Source: Acidobacteriota bacterium (GTDB lineage Bacteria; Acidobacteriota; Thermoanaerobaculia; Gp7-AA8). From it: a DNA stretch of 64,000 nucleotides. The translations under genes were made by a program, and so were the position numbers. The notes under the pieces were generated by a model, which was given only the letters and a program-made list of their open reading frames with translations, was not told the origin of the DNA and searched no databases. Of this stretch, positions 48,637-58,326 are shown in pieces. The DNA is taken from the NCBI GenBank assembly GCA_019244185.1, contig JAFATB010000023.1, positions 499,446 to 563,445 on the forward strand, given 5' to 3'. The stretch's first letter is position 1; each line of letters starts with the position of its first letter.

Positions 48637-49226
48637 TTCTGGGCAATTCCTCGCATGATGAAATCGACGGCGAAGCGCACGTCGTCTTCGAGCGGCGGCG
48701 GCTCGCGCTCGATCATCCGGTGCAGCACGACGTCGCGGACGACCGAGGCGATGGCGATGGCGATGCGCTCGGCGTTCGTCTGGCGGATCTCGCCCGCGGC
48801 CATCGCCTCGCTGACCAGCCGCTCGAGCTGGCGCAGGTAGTTCAGATACGTGGGATGTTTCTTGAGGCGGCGTTCGCCGAAGGGCTCGGCGGTGGCGAGA
48901 TAGATGCGGAAGAAGTCGCGGTTTTCCTCGAAATGCTGGAGCTGCGTGCGCACGCGGCGTTCGAGAACGTCGGCGAACGTGCGGCATTCGGCGCAGGCGG
49001 CCGAGAGTTTCTCGAGCAGCTTCTCGGTGGCGAGATCCATCGTGCGGCCGAGGATCTCCTCGCGCGAGTCGAAGTAGATGTAGACCGTGCCCTTGGCCAC
49101 GCCCGCCTCGTCGGCGATGTCCTGCACGGTGACGTTGGCGACGCCTTTCCGCGCGACGACGCGCATGGCCGCGTCGCAGATCGACTGCTTCCGGAACTCC
49201 TCGACGACGTCTTCCTTTTTTCTCAA
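48633..49226 (-). CDS. TetR/AcrR family regulator
   Basis: TVQDIADEAGVAKGTVYIYFDSREEI; first gene of the RND operon. Confidence 0.92.
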   Translation of the reverse strand: MRKKEDVVEEFRKQSICDAAMRVVARKGVANVTVQDIADEAGVAKGTVYIYFDSREEILGRTMDLATEKLLEKLSAACAECRTFADVLERRVRTQLQHFEENRDFFRIYLATAEPFGERRLKKHPTYLNYLRQLERLVSEAMAAGEIRQTNAERIAIAIASVVRDVVLHRMIEREPPPLEDDVRFAVDFIMRGIAQK

Positions 49227-49247
49227 GCGACCGGATGGTACATCAAA

Positions 49248-49286
49248 ATGACTGACGGGTCATCAAGGGCGACTCGGCAGTCAGTG
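49248..49286. promoter_or_regulatory. Putative TetR operator(s) overlapping the promoter
   Basis: ATGAC-tgacgg-GTCAT palindrome (49248-49263) and GACT-cggc-AGTC (49271-49282); on - strand ATGACC-17-TACCAT just upstream of the TTG start. Confidence 0.5.
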
Positions 49287-49332
49287 AAGGAGGACTGCAA
49301 CGCCGCGAGGAGTGCCTGCGTATGGAGCAGCG

Positions 49333-50328
49333 ATGAAACGCCTGCTCGTCGCCGTGCTTCTCCTTTTGCCGACCGCGAATGCTCTCGCCGATGCGCCCGC
49401 GCCACCGCGCGAGGAGGACGTCGCGTACAGCGGCGAGGTGAAGCTCGCGGCCGCGCTGCTGTTGCCGGACGGGCGCGGTCCGTGGCCGGCCGCGGTGCTC
49501 GCGCAGGGATCGGGGAACAGCGACCGCACGAACCTCTGGGCGCGCGGCATGGCGGAGCTGCTGCGCGAGCACGGTCTGGCGGTGCTGCTCACCGACAAGC
49601 GCGGAAGCGGCAAATCCGCGGGCGACTGGCGCACCGCCGGCTTCGACGAGCTCGCGGGCGACGTCGTGGCCGGCGTGCGTTACCTGCGCGGGCGGAAGGA
49701 CATCGATGCGACGCGCATCGGCGTGGTCGGGCTGAGTCAGGGCGGCTGGATCGTGCCGGTCGCCGCCGCGCGCGATTCCGGAATCGCGTTTGTCGTCGAC
49801 GTCTCCGGCGCCGGCGTGTCGTTCGCGGAGCAGTCGTTCGTCGAGATGGCGAACACCGCGACGAAAGCGGGGCTGTCGCGCGAAGGCGTCGATGAGGTGC
49901 TCCGCCTCAACGCGCTCGCCGTGCGGTTCCTCGTGGCCGGCGCGTGGGCTCCGTATCAGGCCGCACGCGAGCACGCGCTGCAGGGACCGGCGAAGGAGAT
50001 CGCCGCCGGCTTTCCAGCGACTCCGGACGCGGCGATCTGGACGTTTCTCCGGAAAGTGGCGACGTTCGATCCGCTGCCGTACTGGCTGACGGTGAGGCAG
50101 CCGGCGTTCATCGCGTATGGCGAAGACGACGAACAGGACAACGTGCCGGTACGCGAGTCGGTGCACCGCCTCGAGTTCGTGTTCGCGCGCGCGGGCAAGA
50201 CGAATTACCGCATCGTCGTCGCGCCGAAGGTCGGCCATACGCTCTGGATCGAGCAGGGCGTCTTCGAGCCGCACTTCCAGGCGGCACTCGTCGAGTGGCT
50301 GCGAGACACGCTCGCGCAGCCACGATGA
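49333..50328 (+). CDS. Secreted alpha/beta hydrolase (S9/S15-like)
   Basis: Signal peptide; DKRGSG, GLSQGG, late D and GH. Confidence 0.85.
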   Translation: MKRLLVAVLLLLPTANALADAPAPPREEDVAYSGEVKLAAALLLPDGRGPWPAAVLAQGSGNSDRTNLWARGMAELLREHGLAVLLTDKRGSGKSAGDWRTAGFDELAGDVVAGVRYLRGRKDIDATRIGVVGLSQGGWIVPVAAARDSGIAFVVDVSGAGVSFAEQSFVEMANTATKAGLSREGVDEVLRLNALAVRFLVAGAWAPYQAAREHALQGPAKEIAAGFPATPDAAIWTFLRKVATFDPLPYWLTVRQPAFIAYGEDDEQDNVPVRESVHRLEFVFARAGKTNYRIVVAPKVGHTLWIEQGVFEPHFQAALVEWLRDTLAQPR

Positions 50329-50335
50329 CGATCTT

Positions 50336-51274
50336 CTACTGCGCGGGCTGCGCCGTCTGCACGGCCTGCTGCTCGTACGCCGCCGCGGGCACGGGCTTCA
50401 GGTCCCAGATGATGCCGAGCCACGAGAGCACTTTCAGGACGTAGTACGTCGGGTCGAACTCCCACCAGTAGAAGCCGGCGCGCGCGGAGCTCATGTAGCG
50501 GTGATGGTTGTTATGCCATCCTTCGCCGATGACGAGGAGCGCGAGCAGCGCGTTGTTGCGGCTGCTGTCGTTCGTGTCGTAGCGCTGCCGCCCGAAGAGG
50601 TGGCCGAAGGCGTTGATGCTCGACGTCGCGTGAAAGACCATCAGCGTGCTGATGACGAAGGCCCAGAGGAAGAACTGCATCGCCGTGACGTGGAGCGACG
50701 GCGCGAAGCGTTGCAGCGCGAGGCCGGTGAGGTACGTCAGCAGCGCCAGCGCGGCGGGCACCGCGGTGTCGAATCGATTGAGCCAGACCAGCTCCGGGTA
50801 ACGCACGAGATCGGGCACGCGGCGGTAGTTCGTCGCGTACCAGCGCGACGAGAGGAACCAGCCGAGGTAGGCGTGGAGCGCGCCGAGGAGAACGGGGGAG
50901 TGCGGATCGTTCTCGGTGTCGGACTCGCGGTGATGCTCGCGATGGATCGACGCCCACCACAAGGGTCCGCGCTGCGCCGCCGACGCGCCGAGGAGCGCGA
51001 GCGCGAACTGCGCGGGACGCGAGGTGCGGTACGCGCGATGTGCGAAGTAGCGGTGGTATACGCCGGCGATGCCGAACATCCGCACGAGATACAAGCCGAG
51101 CGCGGCGAAGAGCGACGTGCGGCTCCAGCCGGTGACGAACACGCCCAGCGCGGCCAGGTGCATCAGGAAAAACGGCGTGCAGCGCAGCCAGTCGCGGCGG
51201 TCGAGATCGACGCCGCGCTCGCGGATGACGGCGGTGTGGTGGTCGGTGTCGAACCAGCGAGTCCATCGATACAT
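50336..51274 (-). CDS. Acyl-CoA (delta-9) fatty acid desaturase
   Basis: HRYFAHR, HREHH..SDT..DPHSP, GEGWHNNHH, WWEFDPT. Confidence 0.9.
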   Translation of the reverse strand: MYRWTRWFDTDHHTAVIRERGVDLDRRDWLRCTPFFLMHLAALGVFVTGWSRTSLFAALGLYLVRMFGIAGVYHRYFAHRAYRTSRPAQFALALLGASAAQRGPLWWASIHREHHRESDTENDPHSPVLLGALHAYLGWFLSSRWYATNYRRVPDLVRYPELVWLNRFDTAVPAALALLTYLTGLALQRFAPSLHVTAMQFFLWAFVISTLMVFHATSSINAFGHLFGRQRYDTNDSSRNNALLALLVIGEGWHNNHHRYMSSARAGFYWWEFDPTYYVLKVLSWLGIIWDLKPVPAAAYEQQAVQTAQPAQ

Positions 51275-51364
51275 GACGCGCGCGACAGTAATGGATGGAT
51301 GTAGGGAAAGCAATCGAGCAGCACATGCGTGTGGACTTACGGCAGCAGAGACGCTCGCGACGCG

Positions 51365-51393
51365 TTGACCGCTTCTACGCGCGGTGGTACTAA
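51365..51393 (+). promoter_or_regulatory. Sigma70-type promoter, probably leaderless, for the ECF gene
   Basis: TTGACC-17 nt-TACTAA, 7 nt before GTG 51401. Confidence 0.5.
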
Positions 51394-51400
51394 CGGGCTC

Positions 51401-52357
51401 GTGCACGTCGACGTCGCCGATCTCGAGGCCCACCGCGCTTCGCTCACCGGACACTGCTATCGCATGCTCGGCTCGGCGGCGGATGCGGACGACGCGGTGC
51501 AGGAGACGATCGTCCGCGCGTGGCGCAGCCTCGACCGCTTTGAAGGGCGCGCGTCGTTGCGCACGTGGCTGCACCGCATCGCGACGAACGTCTGTCTCGA
51601 CACGCTCTCGGACGGCGCTCGGCGCATGCGCCCGTTCGAGGAACGTCCGGCCACGGCGGTCGAGCACGCGACGCTCGACACGCGGGAGCGCACGCACTGG
51701 CTCGAGCCGATCCCCGACGCGCGCGCGTTGCCCGCCGACGCCGATCCGTTCCAGCTGGCGGTGCTGCGGCAGAGCATCCGCCTCGCGTTCGTCGCGGCGC
51801 TGCAGCATCTCCCACCGCGGCAGCGTGCCGTGCTCCTCCTCACGGAGGTTCTCGGCTGGTCGGCGGCGGAAGTCGCGGAGTCGCTCGAGATGACGGTGGC
51901 CGCGGTCAACAGCAGCCTGCAGCGCGCGCGTGCGACCGTCGCCGCGCGTAACGGCTACGCGTCGCCGGCCGCGCTCGAAGAGGAACAAGCCGACCTCCTC
52001 GAACGCTACGTCGCGGCGTTCCAGAGCTACGACGTCGACGCGCTCGTGTCGCTGCTGCGCGACGACGCCGCGTTCTCGATGCCGCCGTACACGCTCTGGC
52101 TGCAGGGGCCGGAGCCCGTGCGCGCGTGGCTCGAGGGTCCGGGCGCCGCGTGCCGCGGCTCGCGACTCGTGCCGGTGGCCGCGTCGGGCTCGCCCGCGTT
52201 CGCGCAGTATCGCCGCGGCGAAGCGGACGGCACGTACGAGGCGTGGGCGCTCATCGTGCTCGAGCTCGCGGGCGATCGCATCGCCGGCTGGAACTCGTTC
52301 CTCGACACCGAGACGCTGTTCCCGATGTTCGGTCTGCCGCTGCGCATCGCCGATTGA
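51401..52357 (+). CDS. ECF sigma factor with C-terminal SnoaL-like domain (SigG/ECF56-like)
   Basis: [53 protein letters not shown]-terminal [16 protein letters not shown]. Confidence 0.9.
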   Translation: MHVDVADLEAHRASLTGHCYRMLGSAADADDAVQETIVRAWRSLDRFEGRASLRTWLHRIATNVCLDTLSDGARRMRPFEERPATAVEHATLDTRERTHWLEPIPDARALPADADPFQLAVLRQSIRLAFVAALQHLPPRQRAVLLLTEVLGWSAAEVAESLEMTVAAVNSSLQRARATVAARNGYASPAALEEEQADLLERYVAAFQSYDVDALVSLLRDDAAFSMPPYTLWLQGPEPVRAWLEGPGAACRGSRLVPVAASGSPAFAQYRRGEADGTYEAWALIVLELAGDRIAGWNSFLDTETLFPMFGLPLRIAD

Positions 52358-52373
52358 TTTTTTTGCGCGCGAC

Positions 52374-52404
52374 CGATGAGTTTTCGCGCGAGCGGCGGTC
52401 TATC
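52374..52404 (+). promoter_or_regulatory. Putative SigG-type ECF promoter upstream of the VOC gene
   Basis: CGATGA (52374-52379), 18 nt, GTCTATC (52398-52404); close to the SigG consensus CGATGA-N18-GTCNNTA as recalled from mycobacteria. Confidence 0.55.
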
Positions 52405-52426
52405 TCTGCAAAAAGGAGAAACCCTC

Positions 52427-52828
52427 ATGACACGCCAGATCTTCGTCAACCTCGCCGTCCGCGATCTTCAGCAGTCGAAGCAGTTCTTCACCGGGCTCGG
52501 ATTCACGTTCAACCAGCAGTTCACCGACGACAAGGCCGCCTGCATGATCGTCAACGAGCAGGCGTTCATCATGCTGCTCTCCGAGCCGTTCTTCCGCGGC
52601 TTCACGAAGCTCGAGCCGGCCGACACGACGAAGACCACCGAGGCCATGCTCGCGCTGTCGTGCGAAAGCAGGGCGGAGGTCGATGCGATCGTGCGCAAGG
52701 CCATCGATGCCGGCGGCCGCCACGCCATGGATCCGGTCGATCACGGCTTCATGTACGGCTGGAGCTTCTACGATCTCGACGGGCATCACTGGGAAGTGCT
52801 GTGGATGGATCCGAGCGCGGTACAGTGA
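52427..52828 (+). CDS. VOC/glyoxalase family protein
   Basis: IFVNLAV.DL..SK.FF..LGF.FN.QFTD, DHGFMYG.SF.DLDGHHWE; AGGAG RBS. Confidence 0.9.
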   Translation: MTRQIFVNLAVRDLQQSKQFFTGLGFTFNQQFTDDKAACMIVNEQAFIMLLSEPFFRGFTKLEPADTTKTTEAMLALSCESRAEVDAIVRKAIDAGGRHAMDPVDHGFMYGWSFYDLDGHHWEVLWMDPSAVQ

Positions 52829-52842
52829 GCGCGGAGGCTTCC

Positions 52843-53625
52843 ATGACACCGACGCAGGTGCGCGTGCGCGCGCAGGCTCACGGCGGAAAGTTCATCGGAC
52901 CGGCGGTTGCGAAGCCGCCGGTTCTCACGGTCTCGAACGGCTCGAACACGATCCTGTCCGGCGTGACGATTCCGAATCACGCGTCGGGCACGGTCAATCC
53001 GACGAAGGAGCCGAACGCGTCGCCGTACTCGATCGTCGTCGAGCCGTGGCCGGCGCCGCCTCCGCCGCAGTACTACCCCACGCCCGGCACGTACTGGCTC
53101 ACGCCGCCCGATGCCGGTCAGGCCGACGTCGTGGTGTCGCTCGATCTGCTCTTCCCGTTGCCGCTCGAGTTCCGCGTCACCGCGTTCGCGCCGCAGCCGG
53201 TGCAAGGATCGGTCAACGTGTTGATCGTCCCGCGGCAGTCGTACACCGGCCCCCTCGGCATCGTCGTGCCGGTGAGCGGACTGTACGTGCCGGACGTTTC
53301 CGCGAGCTACGATCCCGCGTCGAAGTCGGTCGTCGTGAAAGCGACCGTGCAGATGTTGTGCGGCTGCCCGATCACGCAGCAGCCCGCGCCGTCCGCACCG
53401 ACGACCGAGCCGTACTGGCCGTCGAACGAGTTCAACGTCGACGCGAGCTTCTACGACGCGAGGCAGCAGCTCGTCGCGACGTCGCGCCTCGCATGCGTCG
53501 GTCTCAACTCGTTCGAGGGCAGAGCCACGCTTCCGAAAGGCACGTACGACGTCTGGCTCAGCGCGGTGCAGCCGAGCACGATGAACACGGGCGGCGGGAA
53601 CGTGTCGAACGTCGTCGTGCCGTGA
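52843..53625 (+). CDS. Conserved hypothetical protein with CGCP motif
   Basis: VRVRAQAHGGKFIG N-terminus, MLCGCPI motif, C-terminal NTG; GGAGG RBS. Confidence 0.65.
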   Translation: MTPTQVRVRAQAHGGKFIGPAVAKPPVLTVSNGSNTILSGVTIPNHASGTVNPTKEPNASPYSIVVEPWPAPPPPQYYPTPGTYWLTPPDAGQADVVVSLDLLFPLPLEFRVTAFAPQPVQGSVNVLIVPRQSYTGPLGIVVPVSGLYVPDVSASYDPASKSVVVKATVQMLCGCPITQQPAPSAPTTEPYWPSNEFNVDASFYDARQQLVATSRLACVGLNSFEGRATLPKGTYDVWLSAVQPSTMNTGGGNVSNVVVP

Positions 53626-53631
53626 CGCGCG

Positions 53632-54714
53632 TCAATGCGCCGAGAAGCGATAGCGCACTTCCGCCATCGCGCGGCGTTTGCCGCCGGCGACCGTGGCCTC
53701 GACGCCGAGTCGCACTTTGCCCGGCGGCATCCAGAACCACGCGGCGGTGATCGCGCGGGTGCGCACGGTGCGGACGCGGAAGTCGTCGGCGCGGAGCGAC
53801 GCGCGCGACGATGCGAAGCGGCGCGAGACGAGCACGTAGCCGGCGTCGATCGTCGAAGGGAAGCGGAGCTGGCTGAACTCGACCGTCGTCGTGCCCCAGC
53901 CGTATTCACCGGCGAAGTTCCAGTCGCCGAGGGTGTAGTCGGCGCCGGCGATCGTGAACGGCGTCTCCCAGTTCAGCAGCTCGCCGTGTTCGAGCGCGTC
54001 GCCGCGGTTGTCGATGCGCGTGAGCTGCACGTTCGCGTGGTCGTTGTTCCAGCGCGCGCGTGCGGACCAGCCGAGGCGATGGTCGGTTTCCGCGGAGACG
54101 GACGTGTAGTACTCCGCGTCGGCGGGGACGTGCTCGCCGAGGACGGTCCAGCGATCGCCGAGGACCCAGCCCCGATCGGCGGGCAGTCCGCCGAACGTGT
54201 CGTTGCCGCGGAACACCGTTCCGCCGATGGTCAGGGAACGCCGCCACGTGTACGCGGCGTCGACGCCGATCGGCCGCAGCTCTTCGCCGAGCCACGTGTT
54301 CAGCGCCGACGAGGTGATCGTGTACGGCGTGGCCCACAGCTCGTCGATGTTCTCGCGCGAGCTCGGCAGAAAAAACGCGCCGCCGAGGATGCGCAGGCGG
54401 CTCTGCGCGCGATGCACGTTCCATTCGGCGTACGCCTCGACGACACCGGCGCGTCCGCGTTTTGCGCGGCCGTCGTCGTCGCGCGCGAGGAGATGCACGT
54501 GCGTGCCGAAGAAGACGGAAGGGCGCCAGTCGACGCCGAGCTGCACTTGCGCGGAGAGGCCGCGCTCCTGAAATGGCGCGGTGTCGGGTCCCGAGGTGCC
54601 GCGGGCGAGCGCGAAGCCGCTCCAGGAGAACGCGTCGGACGCGGAGTCGGGCGCCGCATCGAGGCGAGACGCCAGAGCCAGAAGGGCGAGAACCGCCAAC
54701 GACGCGCGTGCCAC
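53632..54714 (-). CDS. Putative outer-membrane beta-barrel protein
   Basis: Signal peptide; GAFFLP.S.EN....W.TPYTITSSALNTWLGEELRPIG motif; C-terminal VRYRF. Start uncertain (54714 or 54732). Confidence 0.65.
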   Translation of the reverse strand: MARASLAVLALLALASRLDAAPDSASDAFSWSGFALARGTSGPDTAPFQERGLSAQVQLGVDWRPSVFFGTHVHLLARDDDGRAKRGRAGVVEAYAEWNVHRAQSRLRILGGAFFLPSSRENIDELWATPYTITSSALNTWLGEELRPIGVDAAYTWRRSLTIGGTVFRGNDTFGGLPADRGWVLGDRWTVLGEHVPADAEYYTSVSAETDHRLGWSARARWNNDHANVQLTRIDNRGDALEHGELLNWETPFTIAGADYTLGDWNFAGEYGWGTTTVEFSQLRFPSTIDAGYVLVSRRFASSRASLRADDFRVRTVRTRAITAAWFWMPPGKVRLGVEATVAGGKRRAMAEVRYRFSAH

Positions 54715-54782
54715 CGTTACGCATGATCGCACCGGGCGCGGTCGCGTGGAAGTGCGATCGCTCTCCGGCTGTTCCGCTGGCT

Positions 54783-55376
54783 ATGCGTATGCTCCGCGCG
54801 CTGTTCCTCGCCGCGCTTCTCCCCGCGACTCTGACCGCGGCCACGCTCGACGTGCAGGTGCGCGACGCGCGCGGCGCCGCGGTGCGCGACGCGGTCGTCT
54901 ACGCGGTTCCCGCCGGACGCGCGCCGCTCGCGAGACGCACCGCGGTGATGGACCAGAAGAACCGCATGTTCATCCCGCACGTGCTGCCGGTGCAGACCGG
55001 CACCGCGGTGAGCTTCCCCAACAGCGACGACGTGCGCCATCACGTCTACTCGTTCTCGCCGGCGAAAACGTTTCAGCTCCCGCTCTACAAAGGCACGCCC
55101 GCGAATCCGGTCGTGTTCGACAAAGCCGGCGTGGTCACGCTCGGCTGCAACATCCACGACAGCATGAGCGCGTTCATCGTCGTCGTCGACACGCCCTTCT
55201 TCGAGAAGACCGGCGCGGACGGGCGCGTCACGCTGCCCGACCTCGACGCGGGACGCTACACCGTGCACGTCTGGGTCGCCGACGCGCGCGGCGAGCCGCG
55301 TCCCGTCAGCGTAAATCTCACCGGCGACCAACGCGTTCAGCTATCGTTCGTAGCGAGCGCGCATGCCCGTTCGTAG
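54783..55376 (+). CDS. Cupredoxin-like 'methylamine utilization protein' (MauL-like)
   Basis: Signal peptide; MDQ....F.P, FPNSD..RHHVYSFS, GCNIHDSM (H..C-x2-H-x2-M type-1 Cu pattern). Confidence 0.82.
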   Translation: MRMLRALFLAALLPATLTAATLDVQVRDARGAAVRDAVVYAVPAGRAPLARRTAVMDQKNRMFIPHVLPVQTGTAVSFPNSDDVRHHVYSFSPAKTFQLPLYKGTPANPVVFDKAGVVTLGCNIHDSMSAFIVVVDTPFFEKTGADGRVTLPDLDAGRYTVHVWVADARGEPRPVSVNLTGDQRVQLSFVASAHARS

Positions 55377-57720
55377 TTTTCAGGCGAAGCTTCTCTACCT
55401 GCTGATCGCGGTACTGGTCCTGCTGCAGGCGGGGACGCTGATCTCCGTGCATGTCGCCGGACAGCGCTCGCTGCGCCGCGCGGTCGCGGACGAGCTGCGC
55501 GTCGGCTCGCGCGTGTTCGATCGTCTGCTCGCCACGCGCGCGCGGCAGCTCTCCGACAGCCTGCGCGTGCTCGCGCTCGACTTCGCGTTCCGCGAGGCGG
55601 TCGCCGCGGCCGACGTGCCGACGACGATGTCCGTGCTCGCCAATCACGGCTCGCGCATCTCCGCCGATGCCGTTTTTCTCATCGCGCTCGACGGCACCGT
55701 GACCACCGATACGCTCGGCGGCCACTACGCGGGCAAGCCGTTCCCGTTTCCCGCGCTCGTGCGCGCGGCCGAGGATCACGACGAGGCGACGGCGACGGTC
55801 GCGCTGTCGAACCGGCTGTATCAGTTCGTGATCGTGCCGGTCGTCGCGCCGCGGCGGATCGCGTGGGTCTGCGCCGGCTTCGAGATCGGCGAGCCGGTGC
55901 TGGCGGACGTGCGGAGCCTCACGTCGCTCGACATCTCGCTTTGGACGCTCTCCACGCAAGGTGGCAACGCGCAGCTGGTCTCCACGCTCGCCGGTCCCGC
56001 GCGCAGCGATCTCCTCGCGGAGCTGCCGTCGTTGCAGTCCGCGCGCGCGCCGCTCGAGACGACGCTCACGCTCAACAACGAGTCGTATGCGACGCTCGTC
56101 GAGCCGCTGCGCACCGGCGACGCCGCCCGTGTCCACACGCTTCTGCAGCGCAACCTCGGCGAGGCGCGGCGGCCGTTCGCGACGCTCGAGCTGCAGATCT
56201 TCGCGTTCTCGTCGATCGCGCTCCTCGGCGCGATCATCGCGGCGATCATCTTCGCGCGCACGGTCACGAAGCCGCTGCGGACGCTCGCCGACGGCGCGGG
56301 CCGCATCGAGCACGGCGACTACGTGACGCCGATCGTCGTGCCGCACGAGGACGAGATCGGCCACCTCGCGACCGCGTTCAATCAGATGCAGTCCGCCATC
56401 GCTGCGCGCGAGGAACAGATCATGTTCCAGGCGACGCACGACAGCCTGACCGGCCTGCCGAACCGCATGCTGTTCCTCGAAAACCTCGCGAACGCGATCG
56501 CGACCGCGAAGCGCAGCGGCGACTCCGTCGGCATGGCCATCATGGACGTGAACCGTTTCAAGGAGATCAACGACACGCTCGGCCACGCGTTCGGCGATCA
56601 GCTGCTCATCGAGATCGGCCACCGCCTCAGCCAGACATTGCGCGGCAGCAGCACCGTCGCGCGCCTCGGCGGCGATGAGTTCGCGGTGCAGTTCACGACG
56701 CCGGCGGTGAGCGATCCCGCGCGCGTGGCGCCGCGCATCAGCAGCGTCTTCGACACGCCGTTCCTCCTCGGCGACGTCTCCATCGAGGTCAACGCCAGCA
56801 TCGGCATCGCGTTGTATCCCGTGCATGCGAACGACGCCGACGCGCTGATGAAGCGCGCCGACATCGCCATGTACGACGCGAAGAAATCGCAGAGCCTCTA
56901 CGCCGTCTACGAGCCGGGACGCGACGAGCACAGTCTCCGCCGCCTCACGCTGATGCTCGAGCTGCGCAAGGCGGTCGCGCGCGACGAGCTGGAGCTGTGG
57001 TTCCAGCCGAAGATCGACGTGAACACCGAGCGCGTCGTGCACGCGGAGGCGCTCGTGCGCTGGCGCCACGCGCAGCTCGGCATGATGCGTCCCGACGAGT
57101 TCATCCCGCTCGCCGAGCAGGCGGGCAACATTGGCCTCATCACGAAGTGGGTGCTCCGCCGCGCGATCGCGCAATGCGCCGAATGGAACCGCGCCGGACT
57201 CGAACTATGCGTGGCGGTGAATCTCTCCGCGCTCGATCTCTTCGATTCGGAACTGCCGACGTTCATCAGCGGCTTGCTCGCGGAAGCGCAGGTGCCACCG
57301 ACGCATCTCGTCCTCGAGATCACCGAGAGCGCGATCATGAAGGACGCCGCGTTCGCGCTGAAGATCCTTCGCGACCTGAAGAACCGCGGCGTCGTCCTCG
57401 CCATCGACGACTTCGGCACCGGCTACTCCTCGCTCGCGCACCTCAAGCGCCTGCCGGTCGACGAGCTGAAGATCGACAAGTCGTTCGTGCTGAACCTCTC
57501 CGAACAGGCGTCGGACGATCTCGTCATCGTCCGATCGACGATCGAGCTCGGTCACAACATGGGCCTCGTCGTCATCGCCGAAGGCGTCGAGACGCGCGAG
57601 TCGTGGCAGATCCTGAAACGCCTCGGCTGCGACATGGCCCAGGGCTACTACATGAGCCCCCCGCTCCCCGCCGCGAAGTTCCGCGAGTGGTTCGACGAGT
57701 CGGAGTGGGGCGGGCGGTAG
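55363..57720 (+). CDS. Membrane sensor HAMP-GGDEF-EAL c-di-GMP protein
   Basis: Two TM plus periplasmic domain, HAMP (DEIGHLATAFNQM), HDSLTGLPNR, GGDEF, EAL, DDFGTGYSSL, KIDKSFV. Confidence 0.92.
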   Translation: MPVRSFQAKLLYLLIAVLVLLQAGTLISVHVAGQRSLRRAVADELRVGSRVFDRLLATRARQLSDSLRVLALDFAFREAVAAADVPTTMSVLANHGSRISADAVFLIALDGTVTTDTLGGHYAGKPFPFPALVRAAEDHDEATATVALSNRLYQFVIVPVVAPRRIAWVCAGFEIGEPVLADVRSLTSLDISLWTLSTQGGNAQLVSTLAGPARSDLLAELPSLQSARAPLETTLTLNNESYATLVEPLRTGDAARVHTLLQRNLGEARRPFATLELQIFAFSSIALLGAIIAAIIFARTVTKPLRTLADGAGRIEHGDYVTPIVVPHEDEIGHLATAFNQMQSAIAAREEQIMFQATHDSLTGLPNRMLFLENLANAIATAKRSGDSVGMAIMDVNRFKEINDTLGHAFGDQLLIEIGHRLSQTLRGSSTVARLGGDEFAVQFTTPAVSDPARVAPRISSVFDTPFLLGDVSIEVNASIGIALYPVHANDADALMKRADIAMYDAKKSQSLYAVYEPGRDEHSLRRLTLMLELRKAVARDELELWFQPKIDVNTERVVHAEALVRWRHAQLGMMRPDEFIPLAEQAGNIGLITKWVLRRAIAQCAEWNRAGLELCVAVNLSALDLFDSELPTFISGLLAEAQVPPTHLVLEITESAIMKDAAFALKILRDLKNRGVVLAIDDFGTGYSSLAHLKRLPVDELKIDKSFVLNLSEQASDDLVIVRSTIELGHNMGLVVIAEGVETRESWQILKRLGCDMAQGYYMSPPLPAAKFREWFDESEWGGR

Positions 57721-57739
57721 GCGCCGTATACTCGAACGC

Positions 57740-57979
57740 ATGTGATCGAAGCTGGCCGAGGAACTGCGCCGCGAGACGTACGAGCTCGTGCTCGCGCTGC
57801 CGGTGGCCGAACGCATGGCGCTCGCTTTACGGCTCGGCGCAGAAGCGGTGGCGGACCTCGCCGCCGCGCGCGGCATCACGCACGACGAGGCCGCGCGGGT
57901 GATCCGTCGCCAGCGACGGCAGGGCCGCCGCTACTCGCGGTGCATCGAGGAGCTCGACGAGAGTGACGCTGCTCGGTGA
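57740..57979 (+). pseudogene. Small antitoxin-like gene with a nonsense codon at position 2
   Basis: TATACT, 7 nt, ATG TGA TCG AAG CTG GCC GAG GAA..., reading M*SKLAEELRRETYELVLALPVAERM...; frame continues as track ORF 57788..57979. Confidence 0.55.
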
Positions 57980-58326
57980 AGTCGTCCGTCATCTCGAAGC
58001 GAATGAAGTACCGGCGGCGCTGATCGGTGCGGGGGCGTTGTCGAGGAGCAACCAACCGGGAGCGCCTCCGGCGGGCCGGCGCGGCCGGCAGCGCTGAGGG
58101 CCTAGCCTATCCGCACGTGCGGCTGTCTTGAAGGGCTTTGACTGCCTCGCGTGGCTCAGACTCCGTGCTGCTGAAACTGTTCGCGGGCGGACCGCAGGAC
58201 GCGTGGGATATCGAACAGGTGCTCGCCGGCGGCGCGACCGATGTCGTCAATGACGTCGAGGTGCACATCGACGAGCTGCCGTCCGCCGCGCGCGAGTTGT
58301 GGGCGCGGCTGCGCGCGTCCCACTGA
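57963..58326 (+). pseudogene. Disrupted nucleotidyltransferase-family (putative toxin) gene
   Basis: N-terminus MTLLGEVVRHLEANEVPAALIGAGAL and C-terminus VLLKLFAGGPQDAWDIEQVL... are separated by about 120 bp of unrelated sequence with a stop; the catalytic middle is missing. Confidence 0.55.

Noticed and set aside
54783-55376. Methylamine utilisation pathway
   Set aside because: No mauA/B/D/E/G genes in the window; the name is only a family label.
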